Source of the DNA: Candidatus Altiarchaeota archaeon
GTDB lineage: Archaea > Altiarchaeota > Altiarchaeia > IMC4 > SCGC-AAA252-I15
DNA: 42,076 nt
NCBI GenBank assembly: GCA_043800255.1
Contig: JAZDNF010000015.1
Span: forward strand, 1-42,076
Direction of reading: 5' to 3'
Part shown: positions 33,553 to 42,076 of the stretch, piece after piece
How the letters are laid out: each line of letters opens with the position of its first letter
Position numbering within the stretch: the stretch's first letter is position 1
Program-made: the position numbers and the translations under genes
Notes under the pieces: generated by a model
What the model was told of the DNA's origin: nothing
What the model saw: the letters and a program-made list of their open reading frames with translations, nothing else
The model's database searches: none

Positions 33553-34448
33553 GTTAACCCCAGATTCATTCTCATCTTCTTGAACGTCAGCCAGTACTTC
33601 CCTCTAACGATTTTTTCATCCTTTATGGGGTTTCTCTCCTTCATAATTCGTGGGATTGCTGTAAAACAGTCTACTGCAACCTTCAGAATCGTGAGGGGCG
33701 TTAGATACTTCAGGCATATGATTACTGTATAAATGATGTGGTTCACTGTATGTTTAGGAATAAGCCGCATTGGATAGTATGTCCAGACGTACCAGAACCA
33801 GTTCCTGCAGATGTAGTATACGTTTCTCCTCTTGTTCCTTGATATCTGGCTCTCCTTGTGGTATACTAACATCTTTGGGCAGTATCTTATTCTGTAGCCT
33901 TTGTTGATTATTTTCGCAGCCAGTTCGAACTCGTTGTGGTAGATGAAGTACTTTGATGAGAAGTATCCTGCCTCTTCCGCCGCCTTTTTCCTGATTCCCA
34001 CGCCGCAGCCGTGGAAGGAGTTGGTGTAAAACGTCTTATCACCGTAATCCTCCTCTCTCACGTCATGCACCCACGAGTCGGGCTTTTTGGTGTCGTATTT
34101 CAGGACGCTGGCTGTCACTATTCCAAGGTCTGGCTCTGCCTCAAATTCTCTGACAATCTTTTCGAAAACGTCTTTTGGAAAGACGGTATCACTATCTGAG
34201 AGTACCAGAAAATCTCCCTTGGCAATTTTCATGCCCTCGTTCCAACCGGCAATGCCCAAATTTTTAGGAAGCCTTACCAGCTTCGCGCTAGGGAACTCCT
34301 CTTCGAGCATCTCAATAGTCCCATTCGTTGAGTTATTATCGACGACGATTATCTCATTCGGTTGTACTGTCTGTTTCTGCACGGAACGCAGGTTATCTCT
34401 TAGGTCCTCCTTTCTGTTCCACGTCAGGACTACATAAGTCAGTGTCAG
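33549..34448 (-). CDS. Glycosyltransferase family 2 (probable CTG start at 34448)
   Basis: In-frame upstream extension LTLTYVVLTWNRKEDLRDNLRSV supplies GT2 strand 1 and helix. Also VVDNNST, DSD, YFIYHNE. Confidence 0.85.
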   Translation of the reverse strand: MTLTYVVLTWNRKEDLRDNLRSVQKQTVQPNEIIVVDNNSTNGTIEMLEEEFPSAKLVRLPKNLGIAGWNEGMKIAKGDFLVLSDSDTVFPKDVFEKIVREFEAEPDLGIVTASVLKYDTKKPDSWVHDVREEDYGDKTFYTNSFHGCGVGIRKKAAEEAGYFSSKYFIYHNEFELAAKIINKGYRIRYCPKMLVYHKESQISRNKRRNVYYICRNWFWYVWTYYPMRLIPKHTVNHIIYTVIICLKYLTPLTILKVAVDCFTAIPRIMKERNPIKDEKIVRGKYWLTFKKMRMNLGLT

Positions 34449-34450
34449 TT

Positions 34451-35626
34451 TTACACCTCTAGGCTGCTAACAACATCCTTAACTCTCTTCTCGAATTTTT
34501 CCAGTGAGAAGTCGGCAGCCCTTTTAGCCGCATTCTCTCCCATTCTCTCCCTCAAATTCTCATCCCTGATCAGTTCCAGAGTTCTCGACTTAACTCCCTC
34601 CAAATCATCTACCAGAAACCCGTCCACGCCGTCCGTAATAATCTCGGCAGGCCCTCCCCTGTTTATAGCTATCGGCACGCAACCGCATTTCATCGCCTCA
34701 GCCATTGCCATCCCAAAATGCTCTACCTCGTCATATCCTCCCCTTAGACCAGCGAGATTCCAATAGATTTTTGACGTGCTCAACACCTTGCACAGTTCCT
34801 CGAAGCTTGGATTAGGGCGCACTTCAACGCCCGGATTCACGGTAGTTCCATTCACCTTCTTGAAGTATTCTTGTTCCCTGGCGACGCCTGCAAGAATCAT
34901 CTTCCAACCGCTGGCATTATCTCTTAGCTGATTGAATACTCTTACATACTCTCTCTGATTTCTTTGCGTTCCAAATATTCCCACATTGCTAATTGCATCC
35001 TCCTTCAAACCTTCCATTCGCATGACTTCAACAGGAGGGTAGACTACCTCCGAATCGATACCCCAGACGTTAATCAGAATCTCTTTAGTGTATCTGCTGT
35101 TGCTGATGACCGTATCATAGTTGCCTGCATGAAATTCTCTCTTACCTGGTTGCATTATCTGGTTGACTGAATGGCAGACCATGATGCTCTTCTCTGCATT
35201 AGGTTTTACGTGATTATGGGTGTGACTATGAACGTGGGCGATAAAAAGGTCATACTCTCCTGACATGGTTTCGACAATAGAATCCAATGGTTTATGCCGT
35301 ACGGAGTTGACCTCATGCCTAATGCGCTTTATAGAATTCCCGAAGAAACCGATACTCTCCAAGTCCAGGAGACTAGCAAAGTCTTTCGACGCTCTCAATA
35401 TCTTTAAAAATGGGATTTTTTCTTGCATAACATGGCTTTGGAGTTCTCTGAAGTGCAATCCTTCAACATACATACCAAATCTTTTTCCAAACAGTTCTTT
35501 TTCAACTGAAACGTCTGAGACTATGTCAATACTGTTGCCATGTTTGAGGATATTAGCAAACCACAGTCCGTATTTTGCCGCCCCGCCCCCGACATCCAGA
35601 AGATGATCATATACCAATATTCTCAT
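34451..35626 (-). CDS. Glycosyltransferase family 4 (GT-B)
   Basis: GGGA, NSRYT, VVYPPV, EHFGMAMAEAM.CGC.PI, GGPAEII.DG.DGFL. Confidence 0.92.
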   Translation of the reverse strand: MRILVYDHLLDVGGGAAKYGLWFANILKHGNSIDIVSDVSVEKELFGKRFGMYVEGLHFRELQSHVMQEKIPFLKILRASKDFASLLDLESIGFFGNSIKRIRHEVNSVRHKPLDSIVETMSGEYDLFIAHVHSHTHNHVKPNAEKSIMVCHSVNQIMQPGKREFHAGNYDTVISNSRYTKEILINVWGIDSEVVYPPVEVMRMEGLKEDAISNVGIFGTQRNQREYVRVFNQLRDNASGWKMILAGVAREQEYFKKVNGTTVNPGVEVRPNPSFEELCKVLSTSKIYWNLAGLRGGYDEVEHFGMAMAEAMKCGCVPIAINRGGPAEIITDGVDGFLVDDLEGVKSRTLELIRDENLRERMGENAAKRAADFSLEKFEKRVKDVVSSLEV

Positions 35627-35648
35627 GAAGTCAATGTAGCAGTTTCTA

Positions 35649-36308
35649 TCAAATACCCACTCTAACTCCGTCTAAATACTCTTTAGAATTCTTGCTAATG
35701 AATGCTTCTGCATAGTTTTTGCTCCCCGCCCCTCTGGACTTATTCCGTGATATGGTCATCTTCTTAAGATTGAGTATCCTATTCTGAGTTTCAAATTGGT
35801 CTAAAGCCTTCTTTTTTAAGTCTATGATTTCGGTGATGTCGACGCTCTTATTCGGGGTAAGCGACGTCCAAATCTCGTAACCTCTGATAACATAGTCCTG
35901 ATTGGACCTCTCAAGAGTTCGAGCAAGAATACTATTTGTTGCTTTATGATCCACGTGGTCGTCACCTAACCACGGCAGATAGATAATGTCCGGTTGATAA
36001 TCCTCTATTATCGACTTAAGCCGTGAGGCCGCTTCGCCAGTGTAGAACCCCAATTTTGTATCCGGGAAATCTAAGAACACCAGATCATCAACTTTTAGTA
36101 TGTTGGTTGCCTTCTTAGCCTCGGATTTCCTTTTTAATGCTATTATCCCCTTTTCTTCGTCTGTAAGACTAGGGTTGCATTCCCGGCCGTCTGTCAAATA
36201 CACCACTTTTACGTGATCGTTTTCTGCTGAATGTTTATAAATCGTTCCGCCGCACCCTATCACGTCATCATCCGGGTGTGGCGAAAGTACGAGTATCCTA
36301 TCCTTCAT
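35649..36308 (-). CDS. PIG-L/LmbE family N-acetylglucosaminyl deacetylase
   Basis: SPHPDDD.IGCGG, LTDG, R..EA, HVDH, YEIW. Confidence 0.92.
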   Translation of the reverse strand: MKDRILVLSPHPDDDVIGCGGTIYKHSAENDHVKVVYLTDGRECNPSLTDEEKGIIALKRKSEAKKATNILKVDDLVFLDFPDTKLGFYTGEAASRLKSIIEDYQPDIIYLPWLGDDHVDHKATNSILARTLERSNQDYVIRGYEIWTSLTPNKSVDITEIIDLKKKALDQFETQNRILNLKKMTISRNKSRGAGSKNYAEAFISKNSKEYLDGVRVGI

Positions 36309-37752
36309 TTTTGGAACTTACTGTCTTGACGCCTACGAGTTCAAAAATCGTATTGATGTCTCCTCTTCCTATCTCTTTTGTAAATACAAGAGTTAAGACG
36401 TACGCGAATAGCGACATTAAAGCCGAGAAAGTACTGTGTTCTAGTAAGATGCAGGGGACTGACATAGTGATTCCTGCCAGGAGTGGTCGGTACATGAGTC
36501 TAACCAACTTGAATCTCATGCTAAGATACTGTCTTATCAATATAATGTCGGTTAACAGCGATATTGCCATTACAACAAACGTTCCAAAAGCAGCGCCCAC
36601 TATCCCGAATTTCGGAATTAACATAAGGTTCAACCCGGCGTTTAACGTGATGTAAAAGAGCTCATAAGGCAGGAACTTCATCATCTTGTTCGAATTGAGG
36701 GGGGCTATGTAGATGATGTCTGCAATCCCCCATAACAGGAATGCCCAAGCACCTATGATCAATACATCGCTTGATCCGCCATACTCTGGCCCGAAAAGTA
36801 ACAACACTATCCCCTTGGAATAGACTGTGAGGATGATTGTCAGGGGCAGTGTGAGTAGCATAAACATCCGTACTATCTGCTCGACTGTCACTACGAATCT
36901 TTCTCGAGATGTCTTGTATAACTGTGACATAACAGGGAATACTGACGATTTGAAACTCATCAAAAGCAGGCCAAAAAATGTTATGACTTTTATGGGAGGA
37001 ACGTACAATCCAACTGCTTCAACGTCCCCCAGTTTTGACAGGAAGAATACGTCTATCCTGGTGTGCACTATAAAAAATATTGTGAAGATTCCATACGGGA
37101 GGCCCATCCTGATGAGGTCCTTGCAGAATCCTACGTCAATCTGGATGTGAAATTTTGTGAAATACCTCTTTACGACGAGATAAGTGAAAAGGAGTGTGAG
37201 AAAGCTGACTGTAACCCCCAGGTAAAGAACTGTATCTACGCCATGGCCTTGTGATATCAGCCAAAATCCGCCAATAGAAAAAAGAAGAGTTGAGAATACT
37301 GTGATAGCTGCGGTAACTTCCATCCTCTCATAAGCATTTATCAAAGTTAGCAGAACTGTCAGCAGCGAATTGAATACTATCGTAAGCGAGTACAGGCGGA
37401 TGAGTCTGCTCAGAGCATCTGGATAATCAAGCAGTTCGACTAAACTCCAGACGATGCCTATACTCAGCACTGAAAGTATGACTATTATCGAGAATATGTT
37501 TCCCATGTAGCTGTCAGACAGTCCTCTGTCCCTGGGTATGTCCCTCCTTATGATGGAGTCGAGGCCAAGAGTTGCGAAATTCATGAAGAATGCGCTGAAT
37601 GCCAACACAAGCGAATATCCTCCGAATTTCTCAGGCCCCCACATTCTAATCGCAAACAGCGTAAATGCTGCGATGAACAAGTTCGTGAGGACTGCCATGG
37701 CCGCAAGCGATATCGTATTCTTCCCGACCCTTCTTATGACGGATGTTTTCAT
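36298..37752 (-). CDS. Wzx-like oligosaccharide flippase (MOP family)
   Basis: About 12-14 hydrophobic helices, RMWGPEKFGGY, RIDVF.L, VGLY, NLMLIPKFGIVGAA. ATG 37752 overlaps the upstream stop (ATGA). Confidence 0.9.
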   Translation of the reverse strand: MKTSVIRRVGKNTISLAAMAVLTNLFIAAFTLFAIRMWGPEKFGGYSLVLAFSAFFMNFATLGLDSIIRRDIPRDRGLSDSYMGNIFSIIVILSVLSIGIVWSLVELLDYPDALSRLIRLYSLTIVFNSLLTVLLTLINAYERMEVTAAITVFSTLLFSIGGFWLISQGHGVDTVLYLGVTVSFLTLLFTYLVVKRYFTKFHIQIDVGFCKDLIRMGLPYGIFTIFFIVHTRIDVFFLSKLGDVEAVGLYVPPIKVITFFGLLLMSFKSSVFPVMSQLYKTSRERFVVTVEQIVRMFMLLTLPLTIILTVYSKGIVLLLFGPEYGGSSDVLIIGAWAFLLWGIADIIYIAPLNSNKMMKFLPYELFYITLNAGLNLMLIPKFGIVGAAFGTFVVMAISLLTDIILIRQYLSMRFKLVRLMYRPLLAGITMSVPCILLEHSTFSALMSLFAYVLTLVFTKEIGRGDINTIFELVGVKTVSSKNEG

Positions 37753-38798
37753 ATGATGTCCGTATCTCCTAGCGTCAGGTGCCATCTGTCAGGTTCCCTT
37801 ATTCTTTCAACCGGAAAACCGCCGATGGGGTTAATTGAGACTATCAGATTTGATCTGCGAAGGAACTTGTTTCTTTTTAAGATTCTCTGAATCTGCTTGT
37901 CCGAGCTGTAGCAGACCATCCTGCCGACATTGTTCTTCCTGAAGTACTCCTCAGCCTCCAGGAGGAGTAACATCATGTTATCGCCTTCTTTTCCTACGAG
38001 AATATCAACAATGAAACCCGTTCTTCCTTGGGTTTTCAGGACGATATAGCCTTCCAAACATCCGTCTTTCTTTAGGCTGAATACCCCATAGTCCTTACCT
38101 GGTTTTCTCAGATACCTCCAGTTGAGGTATTCTTTTTTTCTTATCAGGAGTATGTTATAGTCCTTCGAGACCTCATCAAACAGTTCTGAAAAGTCGTCTG
38201 TAACCTCCCTAATCTCTACAAACTCCGAACTGCTCTCAGTCCTGACTCTTTCTTTATTCGAGACTAGTCTGAGAATCATTGAGCTGAGTGGATGAAGCAG
38301 GGTTCTTATTATCTTGCGCCCGGTTACCTCATCCAGCAGGCTTTCATTATCCAAGGGCTTAACGTACTTCTGGAGTGGGAACAAGAAATTCTTTGAAAGT
38401 TTCTTATGCCAATATCTTTCTGTTTCTTCGATGAATCCGTATGTGAATATCAACTGGCCATTTTCCGACCGCTTTCGGGCGAGCTCTTCCCCCCAATCGT
38501 ATAATCTGCTATAAATCCTCCGGCTGCGGTATTCTGGATGCACCATAACATCAACCGTCAAGAATGCTATTGATTCTTTTTCAAAGATTTTGAAGTAGTT
38601 CAGGATTCCAATATTCACCCCCACAATCCTCCCATTGTCTTCTGCGATGAGGATGTAAGCCGGCCCATATGGCCCGTCCAGAAACTCCCATCTCCATTCT
38701 TGAATCGTTTTGGACTTGTTGAAAACTAGTCTGAAAAGGTCAAGTATCTGAGTTTCATCCCCCTCTCTGTAAAACCGCAATATTATGTCTTCCCCCAT
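37749..38798 (-). CDS. GNAT-family acyltransferase-like protein
   Basis: R.YREGDE..I..LF, W.W.F..GP.G, DVMVHPEYR.R.IY, R..EYLNWRY, GD.D C-terminus. Confidence 0.82.
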   Translation of the reverse strand: MGEDIILRFYREGDETQILDLFRLVFNKSKTIQEWRWEFLDGPYGPAYILIAEDNGRIVGVNIGILNYFKIFEKESIAFLTVDVMVHPEYRSRRIYSRLYDWGEELARKRSENGQLIFTYGFIEETERYWHKKLSKNFLFPLQKYVKPLDNESLLDEVTGRKIIRTLLHPLSSMILRLVSNKERVRTESSSEFVEIREVTDDFSELFDEVSKDYNILLIRKKEYLNWRYLRKPGKDYGVFSLKKDGCLEGYIVLKTQGRTGFIVDILVGKEGDNMMLLLLEAEEYFRKNNVGRMVCYSSDKQIQRILKRNKFLRRSNLIVSINPIGGFPVERIREPDRWHLTLGDTDII

Positions 38799-38862
38799 CT
38801 TCTGAAGTGGTTTTAGAAAAGTTGAATCCTAGGCCCTACCGATATTTATCTATCTCAACCGG

Positions 38863-38872
38863 TATTATAATA
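38863..38872. promoter_or_regulatory. Palindromic TATA element in divergent intergenic region
   Basis: TATTATAATA, about 28 nt upstream of ATG 38900. Confidence 0.45.
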
Positions 38873-38899
38873 TCGTCCAGTTTAGGATTTGAATCTACG

Positions 38900-40318
38900 A
38901 TGGGATCTAAACCCAAAACCTATCGACATGGTGATCCGTATGCTCTGTGGAATCCATTTGCGGACATGGATTACTTCACGGAGTCATTGGGCAGGGATTT
39001 CGGCCTTATGGTAGAAGGCAGGGGCTGCTTTGTTCGGGATGATTCAGGTTCAGAGTACATAGATTGCGGAGAGTCGTTCGGCGCTATGCTGCTGGGATAC
39101 GGCAGGGAAGAGCTTGTTCAAGCGGCGTCTGAGCAGATGAGGAGACTGCCTTTTTTCCCGATTTATAGCATGCCGAACTATCCTGCTCTTGAATTTGCGA
39201 ATAAGCTGTCTGACCTAGCCCCCGGAAAATTGGAAAAGGTTCTCCTCACCCACTCAGGTTCGGAGTCTGTCGAGGCTGCCTTGAAAATCGCACGCCAATA
39301 TTTCAGACAGAGTCCTGAAATACAAGACCGAAATAGGCACAAGTTTATCTCGCTGGAGCGTTCCTATCATGGGTCGTTCTTCGGCTCGATGAGCGCGACC
39401 GGCATGAAACCAGGCTATGGGGTATATGGCCCGCTGGTTCCCGGCTTTGTTAACATCCAACCGCCTTACTGCTACAGATGTCCATTCGGTAAAGAGTATC
39501 CTGGCTGCGATGTTGAATGTGCATTGCAGTTGGAATCTGCTATAAACTCAGAGGGCCCGGAGACTGTTGCAGGTTTCATTTTGGAACCCATCCTCAATGT
39601 GGGCGGTATCATCGTCCCCCCGGATGAGTATTTCAGAATTGTATCAGAGACTGTGAAAAAGTACGGTATCCTACTCATCCTTGATGAGGTGATGACCGGC
39701 TTCGGGAGAACCGGCAGTATGTTCGCGGCAGAGCACTGGAGTCTGGAGCCTGACATTATGGCGTTGGGCAAGGGCATAAGCAGCGGATACCTGCCGCTTG
39801 GCGCTTGCATCGCAACTTCGGATGTTTTCTCCAGGTTCACTGGAGACCCTGAACTTAAGCTGCTTCATGGGACAACCGCTTCAGGCCATCCTGTCTGCAG
39901 CGCAGTCGGTCTGAAGAATATCCAAATAATAGAGGACGAGGGTCTTGTTGAAAATTCCAAGACTGTTGGATCGTACATGTTCAAAAGGTTGAACGAGTTG
40001 AAGGAGCAGCACGGCATCATCGGGGATGTCAGAGGTAAGGGTTCTATGATTGGGTTAGAATTGGTCCATGACAGGAAGACTAAGAAGCCTTTTAGCGACG
40101 CTCAGACGTTCGGCTTAGCCAGGTTCTGCTATCATCTAGGGCTTCTCGTTAACTGCTTTCAGAATGTCATACGATTATATCCTCCCTTGGTATTCACACA
40201 GGATTTGGCCGATCGTTCTATAGAGATCATCAATGTCGCACTTTCTGAAAAACCGGCAGATGTTTTGAAAAAGAGAGTCGGCAGGAAGATCAAGCACATT
40301 AAACTGAAGTTTAGATAG
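38900..40318 (+). CDS. Class III PLP aminotransferase
   Basis: SGSESVEAALKIARQY, SYHG, AGFILEP, DEVMTGFGRTG, GKGISSGYLPLG, GDVRGKG. Likely start 38900. Confidence 0.93.
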   Translation: MGSKPKTYRHGDPYALWNPFADMDYFTESLGRDFGLMVEGRGCFVRDDSGSEYIDCGESFGAMLLGYGREELVQAASEQMRRLPFFPIYSMPNYPALEFANKLSDLAPGKLEKVLLTHSGSESVEAALKIARQYFRQSPEIQDRNRHKFISLERSYHGSFFGSMSATGMKPGYGVYGPLVPGFVNIQPPYCYRCPFGKEYPGCDVECALQLESAINSEGPETVAGFILEPILNVGGIIVPPDEYFRIVSETVKKYGILLILDEVMTGFGRTGSMFAAEHWSLEPDIMALGKGISSGYLPLGACIATSDVFSRFTGDPELKLLHGTTASGHPVCSAVGLKNIQIIEDEGLVENSKTVGSYMFKRLNELKEQHGIIGDVRGKGSMIGLELVHDRKTKKPFSDAQTFGLARFCYHLGLLVNCFQNVIRLYPPLVFTQDLADRSIEIINVALSEKPADVLKKRVGRKIKHIKLKFR

Positions 40319-41068
40319 TCACATGTACAGTCCGCCGTTGACGTTTATGACCTGTCCAGTTATGTACTTGGACATGTCAGATGCCAGGAACAGGACTGTG
40401 TTGGCCACTTCTTGCGGCGTGCCAGGCCTATTCAGGGGTATCATGTAATCGACGAGGTCTTCCAGCGCTTTCCTGGGAACCCCCTCATGTATGTCCGTGT
40501 CAATATACCCTGGTGAGACGGCGTTCACGTTTATCCCCTTGGGCGCCAGCTCCCTTGCCAAGGCTTTTGTAAGTCCTATGATGCCTGCTTTTGCTGCGAT
40601 ATAATTTGCCTGACCGATGTTCCCGAACTGGGCCGAGGTTGCGGCAATATTGGTTATCCGTCCAGTTTTTCTCTCGATCATCTGCGGCACAACGTGTTTA
40701 CAGCAGTTGAACGTTCCGGTCAGGTTTACATTAACAACGTCATCCCACATCTCAGGTGTCAAGTTCCATATCATCTTGTTTTTCACTATGCCTGCGTTGT
40801 TCACGAGTATATCAATGCGGCCGTAATGATTCAGCGCATTCTCGACCATATCCCCAACTTGCTTATATTTTGATACGTCAGCTTTCAGAAGCAGTGCGTC
40901 ACCACCAAAATCTCTTATCTGTTTGACAACTTCCCCTCCTTCTACCTTGGCACCTCTTATGTAATTTACGACGACATTGCTACCCTCTCTGGCGAGCGTC
41001 ACTGCTGTGGCTTTGCCTATCCCTCTCGTAGCTCCGGTGACCAGCGCCACCTTACCCCTCAGCATCAT
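40319..41068 (-). CDS. FabG-like short-chain dehydrogenase (3-oxoacyl-ACP reductase family)
   Basis: VTGATRGIG, NNAG, GQANYIAAK, VSPGYIDTD, YITGQVINVNGG. Confidence 0.9.
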   Translation of the reverse strand: MMLRGKVALVTGATRGIGKATAVTLAREGSNVVVNYIRGAKVEGGEVVKQIRDFGGDALLLKADVSKYKQVGDMVENALNHYGRIDILVNNAGIVKNKMIWNLTPEMWDDVVNVNLTGTFNCCKHVVPQMIERKTGRITNIAATSAQFGNIGQANYIAAKAGIIGLTKALARELAPKGINVNAVSPGYIDTDIHEGVPRKALEDLVDYMIPLNRPGTPQEVANTVLFLASDMSKYITGQVINVNGGLYM

Positions 41069-42062
41069 ATCCTCCTCCTGAAAGTATCATATTGGGACAG
41101 TGCTTGCAACCTTCGTAGGCTCTTCCCCTCACTTTGTCTCTGAACTCTTGGTAAATCTTGTTGTTCCATATGCTACTGAACTTATCTTCGAAAATATTTC
41201 CCATGTTAATGATCTTGGGATTGTCGGCATAACAGCAGGGGGTTACGTATCCTTCAACCGTTATATGCGTTGAAGTCCACGGCCAATCGCACGGTACCTG
41301 CGAAACTGTTGGATTCCTCCTGGGATGATAGTCTACTGTAATGCCATATTCTTCGGCGGTCTTCTCGTGCTCTTGAATGCTTTTCCACTCTCCCCTGGAA
41401 ATCTTCAGCGGTTTCAGCCTCTCTGTCGGCATAAGGAACGGGAAAAGCAGTAAAATGTTTTTTACCCCTAGTTCACTGCATAGTCTCATGATTTTCGGGA
41501 TTTCGCCTATATTCCTCTTGGTGACTGTGGTGATTGCCTCAGTTTGCAGTGACTTTGATGCCTCCCCATCATTTGTTTCAACGAAACTTCGGATGTTCTT
41601 GCATACCCTCTGAAAGTCGCTTCCGGGCCTTAACTCCTCAAACAGGCCTTTATCTGCCGCGTCAATCGAGAATTGTATCCTGCTGAGTCCTGAGTCTACC
41701 AATCTTTTTCCCAGATTAGTGTCTAATAGCATCCCATTTGTGGAAAGATACGCGAAAACATCTCTTCCCTTGAGCAGGCGGATTATGTCGAAAATCTCAG
41801 GGTTGCTCAGCGGCTCTCCTAGGCTGTAGAGGCCGACGGAGGATAAGTTCTGGAATTGGTCTATAATCATCTTGAACTCTTCGACTGTCATGTTCTTTGG
41901 TTTCAGGTTGTCCCTGATATCTGGCACCTGCCGTCCGCATGTTGTGCATTTTAGGTTGCATTTGTTTGTGGTTTCGATTTGTATGTGTGTGGGTGTGCCT
42001 AGTGTTTTGGTTGGTTTGAGTTTTTTGTTGTATTCTAGGAGTAGGTTGTTTAGTATGCCCAT
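41052..42062 (-). CDS. Radical SAM protein with SPASM/twitch domain
   Basis: CNLKCTTC, GEPL, STNGMLL, SID; C-terminal CDWPW...TPCC...GN...WN...C..C. Confidence 0.92.
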   Translation of the reverse strand: MGILNNLLLEYNKKLKPTKTLGTPTHIQIETTNKCNLKCTTCGRQVPDIRDNLKPKNMTVEEFKMIIDQFQNLSSVGLYSLGEPLSNPEIFDIIRLLKGRDVFAYLSTNGMLLDTNLGKRLVDSGLSRIQFSIDAADKGLFEELRPGSDFQRVCKNIRSFVETNDGEASKSLQTEAITTVTKRNIGEIPKIMRLCSELGVKNILLLFPFLMPTERLKPLKISRGEWKSIQEHEKTAEEYGITVDYHPRRNPTVSQVPCDWPWTSTHITVEGYVTPCCYADNPKIINMGNIFEDKFSSIWNNKIYQEFRDKVRGRAYEGCKHCPNMILSGGGYDAEG

Positions 42063-42076
42063 TTTATGACGTTGGC

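Noticed and set aside
41940-42060. GT-rich low-complexity tract as a repeat element
   Set aside because: It is the A/C-rich coding strand of the radical SAM N-terminus and shows no periodic unit.

Overview
Archaeal chromosomal segment of about 50 genes. Markers include Rpp21/Rpp30, L37e, SmAP, MC1, archaeal PheRS-alpha and MetRS, a BHB-intron tRNA and TATA-box promoters; the exact lineage cannot be fixed from this sequence. Roughly 0.6-31 kb is mostly housekeeping: rnhB, hxlB, pheS, a HerA-family ATPase, DUF99, RNase P subunits, tRNA-Val(GAC) with a 71-nt intron, metG, dapB, purE, trpD, argH, carAB and argF. From 31.2 kb to the end is an accessory glycan-biosynthesis locus: bacterial-type phosphoglycosyl transferase, two GT2, GT4, Wzx flippase, PIG-L deacetylase, GNAT, class III aminotransferase, FabG-like SDR and two radical SAM/SPASM enzymes. 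Features missing from the ORF track: an attC-like site followed by a truncated HicB at the left edge, a 40-aa cationic peptide coupled to a KaiC-like ATPase, L37e, a 45-aa membrane microprotein, two palindrome-dense intergenic elements, and a GT2 that appears to start at CTG. A receptor-like protein (degenerate P1-nuclease/PLC ectodomain, TM helix, HhH) also stands out. All calls come from motif recognition by eye; no database searches were run.
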